A stretch of DNA of 64,000 bases. Origin: Mytilus trossulus. Its lineage: Eukaryota. Positions 13,850 to 27,037 of the stretch are shown here, piece by piece; position 1 is the stretch's first letter, and each line of letters opens with the position of its first letter. The notes beneath the pieces were generated by a model. That model worked only from the letters and a program-made list of their open reading frames with translations, was not told the origin of the DNA and made no database searches. The position numbers and the translations under genes are program-made. The DNA is taken from positions 62,001 to 126,000 of the forward strand of contig NC_086382.1 of assembly GCF_036588685.1 (NCBI RefSeq), written 5' to 3'.

Positions 13850-14640
13850 GTCTTTTTGTACAACAAATATTTCATTATAACACATGTGGTAAATTAATTG
13901 GAAAAAATGTCCTTCAACTCCCAGTTTTAAAAGTTTTTTCAAAAAGTCCATCATGCCAAATTGAATCAAATGCCTTGGTAAAGTCTATATCTGCTTTTTG
14001 TGTTTAAAGATATATTTGTTCAGTATTGCCTTTATTGTAAATATATGATCAGTTGTACGGTAATCTGGTCTGAATCCGGCTTGAAAATTGTTATATATAT
14101 TATGATCATCTAGGTATCCGCTAAGTCAAGTCTGTAATAAAGAAGTCAAAAATGTTTTCAAAAGCAGCTTGTAAGACATAGGCATCTGTAATTATCACAA
14201 CAATTGATATCACCATTCTTATGTATAAATGTGGTACATGTGATATTCCAGCAATCTGGAAATACACCCGATGACAAAATCCTATTAAATAAATTGACGA
14301 AGGAAGGTTATAACTTATTTTTACAACATTTTATAAATTCATTAGGAATCATATCAATGTCTGGTTGTTTATTGTTGTTTAACTGATGAATACCTCTACG
14401 GATCTCTCCACAAGTAAAAGGGAAATCTAGAGGGTCTGTATCTAAAAGATCTATAGCTGTAGGTATAAAATTTGGGGCTTCATCTATTTTTGCTGCATAT
14501 AAATCATTTATATATTTGTGCCAATCAGAGATACTAATTGGATTAGTTTGGGCAGTTAGTCTCCTAAAACAATTTCGGATTATTTTCATGTAGAGTGTCC
14601 AGTTTTGTAACTAAATCATTGACAAACTTTCGTCTTGCTT
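13850..14640 (-). pseudogene. LINE ORF2 fragment (linker and N-terminal RT) of a second family
   Basis: LDFPFTCGEIRRGIHQLNNNKQPDIDMIPNEFIK…LFNRILSSGVFPDCW…DNYR; decayed QAGFR and DFxKAFDS motifs further downstream. Confidence 0.85.
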
Positions 14641-16270
14641 ATTTCAAAGATTTGTTATATTCTTTGCGAAGTCTACGAAAATTACTTCGCATTTGTGCAT
14701 TATTTGGATACTGTTGCATTTTCGAACCAATGCGGTGACATCCCATTATTCCGACAATGCATTTTTCTTCTGTGTATGGGTAAACTTTCTCTAAAAAAGA
14801 CCACTTCCGTTCTCTGTAATATTTGTGGTTTTCCGTTTTGATCCCAATTATTCTTTCCATGCGGAATATAAGTCTCAGTACATTGGAGTTGATACACATG
14901 CTTATTGCAACTGCTCAGTCCTTACCCTGATCCCTCTTTCGTTTTACGTGTCGGGGTATTTTATTTTTCTTTACATTTTCAGTCTGTGCTGTTCTAGTTC
15001 GCTGTGTTTTCTGTGTGTGTCTTGATCTATCTTCTTTCACTAGATCGTCGGTTACCCCCTTTCGAGTATCAGGGGAGTGATGTTTCATCCCTATTAACTA
15101 CATAAAGAAATATATCGGAGTTTGATAACACATCTGAGTTTTATTTAAATTATTAATTTATTTAATAAATTAATTTTGTCGCAGAAATGAGGGACTAATG
15201 AAGCGTCAGTAAAATTGAGAAAAACGAAGAGACAAATACATACCCACATTCTTAAAAATAAGATGACATCTAGGACAAATATGTGCTCAGAAAAGATAAG
15301 TAAATCTCATTATGAATACGGTATCATGTACGGGAATGTGAATCCACGAAATACGGAGACAGAACACATCACCTCCAATAGCGATCGATCAGACATAGTC
15401 TGAGAGATGACACTTATTTTTTTTGTAGTGATACCAATTTTATATCCCGAGCTTATTTCAAAATCTAGAAAAATATGCCTCTTTTATAAAGCTTGAAGGA
15501 AGTGCAGGACTGATGATTTACAACAAAACGAAAAACAAATATGACGGACATGAACATCTCGGCAACTTCTTTTTCTTAAATTACAAATATTCACGAGGAA
15601 AAGTGATATCGGGACGGTGAGTGTTTATGACATAGAAATATACTGTAAAAGTATTTTGAACGAGTGCAGTTTAAAAGCAAATAACAACTAGTAAGAAATC
15701 TAAGACATTCTGGTCCTGCTTGTGTCTTTCTCAAATTGTCTAATTGTAAATTTACTACATTATGTGTTTTGTGGCAAACTTGACACTTATTTGTTCATTT
15801 AAAGATTGTTTTCAAGGGGAAAAATATTTTGATATCATTGATTTTAAGAATGGGAGTTCATATGTTAATTGAGAATCGGTGCTCACCCATTACATTAAGA
15901 ATTGAAAATGCCAGATATTCCAAAAATCGTATAGTATAGCTGATAAAGTTGAGAATGAGTGTCATTTTTCGATCGAATGCTCACATTATCAAAATTTGAG
16001 GGAGGAACTCTTTCAACATATTCAGTCTAGCACATGTCAGAACTTTGAAAAGTTAGATAAATATGATAAATCTTCGATGTAAACTCAAGAAAACTTTACT
16101 ATTATAGGGGAAACATATGGATTATATACTTTGAACTTTTCGAAAAACTAAGGATTTTCTTTCCCCAGGAGTAGATTACCTTAGCCGTATTTGGCACAAC
16201 TTTTTGGAATTTTTGGTCCTCAATGCTCTTCAACTTTGTATATGTTTTGGCTTTTTCACTATTTTGATCT

Positions 16271-16316
16271 GAGCGTCACTGATGAGTCTTATGTAGACGA
16301 AACGCGCGTCTGGCGT
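16271..16316 (+). ncRNA. Minimal type I hammerhead ribozyme (Penelope/retrozyme type)
   Basis: gcgtca-CTGATGA-gtc ttatgta gac-GAAA-cgcgcg-TC-tggcgt. Intact core, stem I (cgtca/tggcg), stem II, palindromic stem III and a GTC cleavage triplet. Confidence 0.88.
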
Positions 16317-17410
16317 ATGAAATTATAATCCTGGTACTTTTGATAACTATTTATATTGTTAGTTCTTTTGAATTAATATATAGTACATGGTTTGATACTG
16401 ACTGTTATTTGATATCAATGTGCTAGTTATTTTTTTTAAATTTTTTTTTGGCTCCGATTGTGACTGAGGCTTGCCTTGTAAAAAAGATAATTATATCATA
16501 TTATTACTATGATATACGTATTGTAAAGTCTTAATGTTGACCAAATCATTATACCGCCGCTTCGCAAAAGTGGGAATATACTGTTTTACCTCTGTCTGTC
16601 CGTCCATTCAACCGTTCACTCGTCAGTCAGCCAGTCCTTCAATTCGTCCTTTTTCATGAACGACATTACAAGGATTTCTGAAAGGTTTATTGAAGTCGGC
16701 TATATCGTGTGATACGTTTTCAGATTCATTACTCAACAAATTCTTGTTTACCGAAAACAATTTTCACATGACAGCCAAGTTGAAAATGTTCGTCACATTT
16801 TACGCAGGAACTACAATACAATGATTTTTCAAGGTTGAAATAAGTCAGCTTTTTCAGATTCACAACCCAACAACGAAGTATTTGTGCGGGAGCATCAGCA
16901 GTAGCACGCACCATCACTGGTTATTCTTGATTTATATGCTGTTTATATACCCTTTAATTTGGAAAGTGAAATAATATTTTCTGTTCTGTTCTATATACAG
17001 ATTTCGAATTGAGTGTAGAGAAAGTATTCGGACTACCTCAGCCTTATGTTATATATATACGGAGTTATTTCTTAAAATATATTATTACATAATATATAAA
17101 CGTAAATATACAGACAGACAAGTTTAATTTTACCCTGATACCCTTATACTTGGCTTAATAAGTGTCGGACTTACGGGTTGTCGGAGTATTGGGCTGTCGA
17201 AGCAATGGGTTGTCGGATTAATGGCGTGTAACTTTCTTGTCTAAATTGCGAAGTTCTTTTTTTTCAAAATGAAGCAATTACCATTTCAAGGTCATGCTTC
17301 TTTTCTTTTTGAATAATTTGAAATTAAATGATTTCTTTGCCGCTTTAATCATGATATTAATGTTTAGTTGAGTATTTATATCTTTTTCCTGGACAATTGA
17401 GGATTCCATT

Positions 17411-19176
17411 TTTAGCTCACCTGGCCAAAAAGGCCAAGTGAGCTTTTCTCATCACTTGGCGTCCGTCGTCGTTAACTTTTACAATAATCTTCTCCTCTGA
17501 AACTACACGGCCAAATTAAACCAAACTTGGCCACAATCATCATTGATGTATCTAGTTTAAAGTTTGTGTTTTTTTACTCGGCCAACCATCCAAGATGGCC
17601 GCCATGGCTAAAAATAGAACATAGGGGTAAAATGCAGTTTTTGGCTTATAACTCAAAAACCAAAGCATTCAGAGCAAATTTGACAGAGGTTAAATGGTTT
17701 ATCAGGTCCAGATCTATCTGCCCTGAAATTTTCAGATGAATCAGACAACCCATTATTGGGTTGCCCCCTCTAAATTGGTTATTTTAAGGAAATTTAACTG
17801 TTTTTGGTTATCTTGAATATTATTATAGATGGAGATAAACTGTAAACAGCAATAATGTACAGCAAAGTAAGATTTACAAATAAGTCAACATGACCAAAAT
17901 GGTCAGTTGACCCCTTTAGGAGTTATTGCCCTTTATAGTCAATTTTTCATTATTTTTCGTAAATATCCATGATCTTTTACAAAAATCTTCTCCTCTGAAA
18001 CTTCTTGGCCAAATTAATCCAAACTTGGCCACAATCATCATTAATGTATCTAGTTTAAAAAGTGTTTATTTACCCGGCCAACCCAACAAGATGGCTGCCA
18101 CGGCTAAAAATAGAACATGGAGGTTAAATGCAGTTTTTGGTTATTTCTCAAAAACCAAAGCATTTAGAGCAAATCTGACAAGGGGTAAAATTGTTTATCT
18201 GGTCAAGATCTATCTGCCCTGAAATTTTAAGATGAATGGGACAACTCATTGTTAGGGTGCTGCCCCTAAATTGGTAATTTTAAGGAAATTTTGCTGTTTT
18301 GGGTTATTATCTTAAATATTGTTATAGATAGAGATAAACTGTAAACAGCAATAATGTACAGCAATTGAAGTCTCAAAAATAAGTCAAAATGACCAAAATA
18401 GTTATTGTCCTTTATAATCAATTTTTAACAATTTTCATAAAATTTAAAAAAAATTTACTAACATTTTCCACTGAAACTACAGGGACAAGTTTATTATAGA
18501 TAGAGATAATTGTAAGCAGCAAGAATGTTCAGTAAAGTAAGATGTACAAACACATCAAAATCACACAAACACAATTTTGTTATGAACTGTCTGCTTCCTT
18601 TGTTTAATTCACACTAGAACACACCCGTGATTGAATTTTTATATATAACTATGCGTATGCCTTTTTTTAGTATTGGTATTGTCATCTGATAAAGTCATGC
18701 CGATAATAAGATGCACAGTTTTCTCTACTTTCAAAATCTTTCTGTTTGAACCCGTCGACCTGGAACCTATCAATTATTGGTAATATTAAAAATTTGGAAA
18801 ACAAAAGGGCCTGGAATGGAGTATCTTTTACTCAACAGTATAGAGCAAAATTCTAAATACACCGTTTGGTTGTGCGCCTGTCAGATGCGGAACGTACATA
18901 TAAGGTAATAGGTAACAGGTGAATCTACTATTGGTATCGGTGTCGGATTCGACCCGGAACTTCTTAATTATTTGCAATATTAATTACTTGGAAAACAAAG
19001 GGGCCTGGAGTGGTGTAATTTTTAATCAACACCATTGTACTATATTAGTTATATGTAAAGTTGAATTCTTTGATTCATCGTTTTTACGTGATGACGGCTG
19101 ACAAATTGGACCTCGTAATTTTAGTATTATAGATATATACCAAGGTTAGCGACACAGGCTCTTTAGAGCCTCTAGT
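17411..19176 (+). mobile_element. Helentron/HINE (DINE-1-like) non-autonomous element with internal ~510-bp repeats
   Basis: 5' agctcacctggcc…ggccaagtgagct hairpin, gtc microsatellite, subterminal inverted repeat aggttagcg and 3' hairpin aggctct-tt-agagcct, inserted in a T-run. A same-family inverted copy lies at 50206-51600. Confidence 0.8.
18614..19133 (-). mobile_element. Non-autonomous Helitron nested in the HINE element
   Basis: On the minus strand it begins TCTATAATACT and ends TTCTAG, inserted between A and T with no TSD; the host element sequence resumes on both sides. Confidence 0.65.
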
Positions 19177-19189
19177 TTTTATCTTCATC

Positions 19190-20470
19190 ATTTTCTAGCT
19201 CGGATATGTATTCATTTTTACCATTTTCTACAAAATAAATTCCTGGGATTGGGAAAGTAAAATTGTAATCTTGTTTGAATTGTTTTTGTTTATATTAATT
19301 CAAGTTTTCAAACTTAACCATAAAAACAATGACCTGATAGTTCATTAGGGGGAAGTACAAATAGGAAAGGAAAACTATTTACAATGTCTTCACTGACAAT
19401 AACACAATCTGTATTACTTCTACCATTTGGACAAAAATAGGTGAAGTTACCTGGTGAGTCACCCATCACTGCCATTAAGAATTATCATTTTTAAAACAGG
19501 TTCCTTTATAAAACAGTCTTTAGAGCTGAGGACAGAGGACTCTTAGTTAGTTTTACTTGTATATATATAGATATGTGTGTGTTCAACTCAGTTATTTTAT
19601 TGTTGTTGTTATTTTTGTTTTTTTAGGTCACAAGTATAATGTTACTTATATGACAAATAAAGATTATTTATTATTATTTAACTCGATACAAAGATCAATA
19701 TTATATTTGCATTGATCATTTACAGTTGTATTCTTGTTTTGTCTTATGGTTACATCTGTAAATTCAATGGTTGAGGTTTGTTTATGTGTCATATTTGTTT
19801 TTCGTTTTTTTTTTTTTTAAATAAATAAGGCCGTTAGTTTTCTCGTTTGAATTGCTTTACATTGTCTTATCGGGGCCTGTTATAGATGACTATGCGGTAT
19901 GGACTTTGCTCATTGTTGAAGGCCTTACGGTGACCTACAGTTGTTAAGGTCTGTGTCATTTTTGTCTTTTGTGGATAGTTGTCTCATTGGCTTTAATACC
20001 ACATTAATTTTATATTAATGGGTCATCTACAGAGTAGTTTGTTGGAAGAAAATTATTATCTATATGTGAAATGTGGTCTAGTTCGATATAATGAAACACA
20101 TCTCTAGTCCAGGCATTAAAGTCTCCAATTTAAATAACTTTCCCCTTTTGGGAGAAGTTGTCTATAGAGTTTTTAAGATTTTCAAATAATGAATCATGAT
20201 CAGGGAAAACTGAGGCCATTCTTGGTTTAATATAAACAGTGCAAATAAAAAACCAGTTGTGTTTTATTTAATGTTATTCATAAATAGTGTATGGTAGATA
20301 TAACTTTATTTATGATATTTAAAGTTGAAAGTTCTTTTTTATATTCTATAATTCCGCCTGATCGTCTACTCCTCTTAGCTTTAGCTTTGGTTGCATGAAC
20401 TGTAAGTAGCCAGGCATAGAAATCTTCGACTTCCCAGATGTTCAAGATTTTACAAATCTAAAGCTATCAT
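19190..20470 (-). pseudogene. LINE APE-endonuclease domain, fragmented
   Basis: KRSRRSGGIIEY, ICTVYIKP, IGDFNA, GNFTYFCPNGRSNTDCVIVS and ELSGH (decayed SDH). Interrupted by a dispersed repeat at about 19760-20005. Probably upstream of the RT fragment at 13850-14640. Confidence 0.8.
19760..20005 (+). repeat. Abundant dispersed repeat (ataaataaggccgttagttttctcgtttgaattg…gtctcattggc..taccac)
   Basis: Further copies at about 40660-40855 and 45960-46210. Confidence 0.8.
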
Positions 20471-22386
20471 ATGTTTTGCCAAAAATGAAATAGTTCAACT
20501 TAACTTTAATTGTATAAATTTCAAGATTAATGCAAAAAACATGCTCGAACTTGATTGGTAGGCATTTGTTAGTGAGAAGAACCGACCGGAACTCGTGGCG
20601 TGAATCATTAAACTGAAGATTGTTGTCATATATAACTGATGTGATGAATATAATTGTTTAACAATTATTTCCTTGTTATGAATATTCAAAATTCCTTATG
20701 TATTTGTGTACTGTTTTCCAAGTGTTTATTTCGCCACATATTCCTATGATAACGAATACAAGTTTAAGTTGTAGTCATTTTAGTATACATTCGTCAATCT
20801 TCCATAGTATCCAGACTACAGATACAATAATTAATGGAGATAATGTACACATACCAAGGGAAAACTTGATGCAAATCATTATTATTTGATGTTTTATTGC
20901 ATTTAAAAGGAAATGAGTACTTTGTGGCAAATACACCAAGATTTTTATAGAAATCCACAGCCTTTATTTTTATTATAAATGAAACATAGTTTACTCACTT
21001 GCTTTCGTATGATGTGCAAGTGTTTATTAAAAAAAATGCTAAGCAACCTGTAAATTCCGAAACACCTCGTGCTTGCTGTGTCGCTAAGTCTGAGTGCACT
21101 CTGAGAGGTGTACTTGACTTGGTCCATATTATTATTTGTTTTAACCAATAACTACATTCATTAACTTGTATTAAAGAAATCAATTCTGGCACTACAAGCA
21201 ATAAACCTATACATATAAGTCACCAGTTTTAAAGAAATCAATGCTAGCACTACAAGCAATAAACCTATAAGTCACTTAATTTCGAATCATGAGAGTACCA
21301 CGGATAATGCATGGCTTTGGATTTTGAATAAAATTTCCATATGTATAGCATTGAATCAACACAAGGGTACAACATCCTAATTAAAAAAGCTGCATCAATT
21401 TCATGCATTGTAAAGCACTTCGTTGATTTGACCTTCAAAAAAAGACTATTTTAGCTATCGAATTATTAATACACGATTGTGCGGTTTCAGTTAATCAAAA
21501 ATCATATGACCTTAAACCTATGTAAATTTACGTTTAAAAAATAATTTTATACATGGGTATATTTATATTCAGCCGTCCATAAAAATGTATCACACTTTCA
21601 ATAGATATAATTTCTTTATCGACCATTTCGTCCTCTCTCTGTTTTCCCTCCATTGAATGAGATCTTCCTTGACCAATATGGTCGTTTTCTGTGTAAACAG
21701 AAAAAAATATATCATATTAGTCTATTTATATGTTAAGTAATATCGACTGTGATCGAACACCCGAGAGAGAGGGATTGATGTTGATACAATAGTTGTTAAT
21801 ACCGAATCACGTGAAAGAGAAAAAATAATATTATTACAATATACAGTAATACAATTATTTAATACCGAGAACATAATTTATTGTGACCTGCCTCTATCTC
21901 CACGTCTGCGTCAAAACATCCTCCCGCCTCAACAGAAGTTTGAGACATAGTATAAAATTGTTGCCATCCAGTGTTGAAATGCCATGATATAGTAGCCTGA
22001 AATATAAATGATACAATTTTTGGAAACATACTTGAAACAATCAATGTCTAAATGACATTGGTAAGAACTAAACGGAGAACAATAACAAATATCTAACACA
22101 TCAGTTGCAGACACAAAAATAGAATAAACGTTAAAATTGCCAATGTCTCAAAGGGTTCCCATCTAGTGCTAACACATTTGACCTGAAATATAACTGATAT
22201 GAAGATGGTCAATATATTTGAATTATCACAAGAGCTAGCGTTTTTTGTTTCAATTTCCAGATAGTTATTGAAGGTATTTTAACAGTATAGCTCGGAAAAT
22301 ACCCGTGCTGACTGCTGAGAAGATGTTTAGTACAAGTATATTCACTTTAGGTTGATAGCTATTTTTTCTATGATAAGGTTGTTAAA

Positions 22387-23129
22387 TTATTTCCAACAGT
22401 CTCTACTCATTTGGTTACTAATTTTTCGTAACCAGTATCTAGCTAATGTATGACCAGGATGTAATCCGTCACTGTTAAGTTCAAAATTGAAGTAGTTGCG
22501 GTTTTTAGGATGTTTATGAGCTTTAACTTTTCTGTGATTTTGAATGTCGGTAGTAAATTGTAGACTATACTCCTAGTGCTTTGTTGATGTTTCTTATGTA
22601 GCTGTTTAGAGTATGGATTTGTTCCTCTAATTGTTTGTCCTGACTTTAGAATTGTTCCGGGGATGAGTGTCTTAATGATTTGTTGTATTTGGATATAGAA
22701 TATACAGGAATTTCAAGAATTGAGATTTTGTTGTTTGGATATTCTTTTATTAGTTTGATTATTTTCTCAATATATTTTACGCATTTGTCTACCGTAGAGT
22801 TGTCAGTGGATCTTATGGATATATAACGGCCGTCTTTTCGTGTGAGGTTACAAATACCTAACCAAACATATAACCAAATATTGCCTGTTGTTGTTAGCAT
22901 GCTGCTTAAGTTTGCTTTCAGCCAGTCGTAACAGTTTTGAAAAGTTTCACCACCTTTGCACCACCATTGAATATGTTGAGTAACAGGATGGTCTGAAAAT
23001 ACTTTATTTTTTATTTTATTCCTTTTTTATTCCTTTAGTATCTGATAAAAGCACTGGAGTATAAGCTCTTTTATTTGATGGAGATATTTCTGGCTTGCTA
23101 AGCTGTTTGTGAAGTTTATTCAGTGACAT
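22387..23129 (-). pseudogene. SGNH/GDSL hydrolase-family gene, disrupted
   Basis: Manual translation: MSLNKLHKQL…YTPVLLSDTKG (block I) / WWCKGG (block II) / YVWLGICNL (block III) / …FNFELNSDGLHPGHTLARYWLRKI…CWK* (block V DxxH). Frameshift near 23020, stop at 22646-22648, and a further stop plus frameshift near 22560. Confidence 0.82.
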
Positions 23130-23425
23130 ATGTGAAGTAGAAGTTAGTGATTCTTGATAAGTTCAATGTTAGATATATATGTCAAGCACTATATTGATAT
23201 ATGTATGGCACTATACTATTCTATATGCAAGCTAAATATTGTATATATAAGCACTGGAAGCAGTAAATCTGATATTAATTTTGGGCAATATCTGTGAAAT
23301 GGGTTCAGCCTTAAATACAATTTAGCAATTTAGTATATATTGGTATATCACAAAAGTTTATTTACAATTACGTAAATAATGTGAATGAAAAAGCTTTAAT
23401 AAAATCTTTTATTGATTTTAAAGAC

Positions 23426-23470
23426 TTTGAATTTCGCGCCTCTGAAAAAAAATAAACAAAAATGGCGTCA
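23426..23470 (-). promoter_or_regulatory. E2F/CHR-like (GGCGCGAAATTCAAA) plus YY1-like (CGCCATTTT) promoter motifs upstream of the SGNH gene
   Basis: Plus strand tttgaatttcgcgcc and aaaatggcg; a candidate first-exon donor (gtaatt) lies at 23371. Function is inferred. Confidence 0.45.
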
Positions 23471-23968
23471 AAATTTTCTGACAGGTATCGTCAGTGGATA
23501 TTCACTAAAACCCTATTTAATTGTGGGCTTTTTTAGTTATAATATTAATGCAACGATATAACGACTTTGTATGTACAAATTAACACAATGTGACACAATG
23601 TAACTAAAGGTAAACACAAAAAACTTTCAAATATTCGCTCCAAGTCAGATTCACGTCTTCACTCTTCAATCACACGCACTCATTTTCATCAAAGGTTATC
23701 TCGCAAAGGTCGCCCCGGTCTCAACCGGGAATCGGCCGGCGCACGGAAGAAAGTTGTGTCCGTACAGGCACGGAGACCTCACTCGTCTCAACAACGGGTG
23801 ACCCCGACCAGTCGGCACACAGGTACACGGGAAAAACGATATATTGAAAAAAAAAACAACCACGACGTTTATTATGTTATCAGACATTTGGCTCCTGTAA
23901 TAATTTGAAAGTTGAAAGGTTTTTGAAATTTCCTTAATTAAACATGTTTCTTTTTCCTGAAACGCTTG

Positions 23969-25373
23969 CTTATACTGTCCCTGAACACTGTCCAGAGCAG
24001 CATGACGATCGGTGGTTCGACGACTCTTGTCTTAAAACCTGTCCGCCGTCTAAGGGTTGTGGGCCATGTGTTTGGCCAGGGCAGTCTGTATCTGGCGGTC
24101 GGCTCCTGCCTCGCGCATTGTAGTCCCAGCCAGCTTGCGATTCAAACTAGCTGTTAACTTTGGCAAGTCCTTGCCAATGGACTTGCCAAACTTCTGCCAC
24201 TCGGCGTTTACCATCTTGGACATGGACTGCAAAATAACATATATATGTATTAGTTATTTTATCAAAGTAAGTGCAACCTGTAATTACGTAACGATATCAG
24301 TAGCATACAACCATGAAGGATTGCATTTTCTGCATCAAATATACATTTATTGATATTGCTTTCACTAAATTGTTACCCTTTTATTGCCAAAGTGGCCATT
24401 GTGACATTGTTATTTGGTTCACTAACAAATTTTCACTAATTAAATAGCAGAACAAAGATGATAAAATAAATCTTCAGTTACCGAGGATGAAATTTGAGTG
24501 CCAGTCTAAGTGACAAACATGTATTTGGTGTTATTAATTACATGCTTGTCAAATTTCTTGAGGAAACCCAAAACCTCTGCCGTGACCCGTATCGGGCACT
24601 TCTTTCCAGACTTTGCCTCCTTGTGTTCGAACACTTGAAAATGACAGTTAAACTTGTATATAAAAACATATATACTTATACTAATCGCTGTACAACAACA
24701 TCCGACAAACATAAACAAGTGAGGTAGTAGTTATCATGTGATCGGATACTTGTATTTTTTTACGTGTACAGCTGTACGCACCTGGTGCAGCCAGGAAAAT
24801 TAAAGTGCGTATTTGAAATGATTATTTCAGTACAGGCTGAATCCCTACAAGATTAACTAAGGCCAAACGCTCTGGACTTGAGACAAGCGCCAAACATTAA
24901 TAGATGAAGTGTTATTCTCATACTGGCGTTTACTGTTTCGTACCAATTTCTTTAAATGCCACTTGAACAGATTATCAATTGTTTACTTATAATTGCCACA
25001 ATATTGATTCATTACCAAAAGAAACTAAAACTGAACGCATGTAATGTTACTTTCAATATGACTTGAGACGTGGATAATTTATTATGATTTTAATCTATAT
25101 TTACTTACCAAGAGTTCGACATCGTCTCCCTTGGCCGATTTGGCCTTTACCACCTGGTCTTTTGTGAGGTGCGTAATGTCCCCTGCTCTCTTGGCGTTGG
25201 TCAAGATGAGCAGGGTCATCAGACAATTACGCACCTCCAGCTGTTCGGGTTGCGTTAAGTCTCTTGCGCCTGCCTCCTCCAAGATGTTGTGGAGGAATGA
25301 ATGGCGGTCTCCGCTCAAGTAGGATCCCACCATCCATCCCTCTATGGCAAGGTCTAATTCCCCGGCTGCCTGT
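23969..25373 (-). CDS. Tyrosine recombinase catalytic domain (three exons, inactivated)
   Basis: Ordered R (KRAGD), K (HKE), xxRK (LNRK), H (MAH) and the expected Tyr position (TADRF-TAA) match the YR catalytic order R-K-HxxR-H/W-Y. Confidence 0.85.
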
Positions 25374-26208
25374 CTGAAAGAAAGGGAAAAAAAAACGTCT
25401 TAAGCTTATCTATATGCCGTAATTTGTGTGTAATATATTATTTGAAGGTGACGTGACTTCTACTCCAAATGACCAAACAGATATGTGTTTATACACCCGA
25501 CGTGTGTTTCTACGAGTGACGTGTGGTTGGTGTTATTTTCGTCCGGTACTTTAAAGGTATTAAAATTTGTATAAGAAATCAACGAAACATCCCAGAACAA
25601 GGTGATAAACCCAGTGGTTGTAAATAATAATCGATAAAAAAGACATTTGGTGTGGACACATGTTCAAGGATGTGACTTCCTATAAATGTTTAATGTAATT
25701 TGTATCGTATTCTTACCAGTTATACTGGTGAAGGGTCAGGTAAAAAGGGTGATTAAGTAATTCTCTTTAAACCCTTAAGATATAGAGTGTAGAATTGTAC
25801 CTTTCAACTAGTCTCTTGTTGATATCCTCTTTGAGGGACTTTGCCATATTTTTCAACTTATTGACCAGTGTGAGCAGCTGGATTGGTGTGTATTGGATGT
25901 GCCTCATCCATTTGCTGGATCCGGAGAGGTAGTTCAGATAGTTCGCCAGGCTATGAAGGTAGGCCTTCATGCTCTCTGGTTGGATTCTGAAAAAAATGAA
26001 ACATTTTTATGAATTAATTCAAAAAACCCCACATAGAATGAATATATCTTTAATGCGTACCAACAAATAACAGCACTACCCTCTAGTACAGGGGATATGT
26101 ACACTTGTTAGATCAATTGTACTGTATTTTTGTTATGTTCTAATTCTTGGCAATAACCCCCTACACTGCAATCAATAGTTATTACAAGCACCTGATTAAT
26201 AATTTAAT

Positions 26209-26252
26209 ACGCCAGCCGCGCGTTTCGTCTACATAAGAGTCGTCAGTGACGA
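26209..26252 (-). ncRNA. Degenerate hammerhead ribozyme copy in a YR-gene intron
   Basis: CTGACGA…GAAAcgcgcg with the triplet mutated to GGC. A more decayed copy lies at about 26878-26925. Confidence 0.6.
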
Positions 26253-27037
26253 TGAAATAAAAATAGTTATCCAACGAAAACATGTAGTTGAAGTTGAAGA
26301 TCAGTCAGGACTTAAAAATGACACACAGTGGTGGCCAATACGGGTAAGATTATCTATTCCTCGGATAAAATGTGATTTAAGTGTAATATGATTTGTACAT
26401 TTACTGTTGAAATTGCTTATATAAGGATAATTACTTTTTGGCCTGGAGCTGCTGGTCAATGAGACCATTGGCCTCGCCAATTCTTTCCAAGCCATCAATG
26501 GCTCCCTTGGACAAGCTGTCCAAGAAGAAATTGATGGCACAGGTGTGGGCCTGCGTGGTCCCCAGCGATTTCTTGGAACCCGTCGCTCGATCAGAGAGAG
26601 ATTTTCTGAATAAAAGAAAAATATAATCAGATATTATGGTCACCTGTTACAATACAACTTCAGAGGAATTTAATAACTTTCAGTGCTATAAGGTTTACCA
26701 GGTACAGGTGTGAAAGAACCCAATGTTGGGTCATTTGAACACTAATGCACACAATACAGATAGAAATACTGTGTAATAGTATTTCAGTTAATGCATATGA
26801 AAAAAATAATCATAGATAGACGGGACTTTTAAATTTTGTATTTACATAGTTATCAAATGTATCAGGATTATAATTTTGTACGCCAGACGGGCTTGTTGTC
26901 TAGTAAAGATTTATCTCTGACGGTTAAATTCCACAAAATGTAAACAAAAACACAAGTACAGTACGAAACGAAAGAGCCTTGAGAAGCATGTTACAGGAAT
27001 TTTGTGCATAGGTACAGGTTATTTAAATAATACATAC

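Noticed and set aside
21400-22300. Left terminus of the YR element matching a right terminus near 43.5 kb
   Set aside because: Only weak AT-rich similarity was found by eye; no convincing direct or inverted repeat.
23696-23887. 63-aa ORF as the true C-terminus of the YR protein
   Set aside because: It requires a GC donor at 23969; an alternative phase gives EPNV*. Cannot be resolved without transcripts.
23969-24520. Stop-codon readthrough or a variant genetic code rescuing the YR gene
   Set aside because: A frameshift and a mutated splice acceptor co-occur in the same gene, so decay is the simpler explanation.
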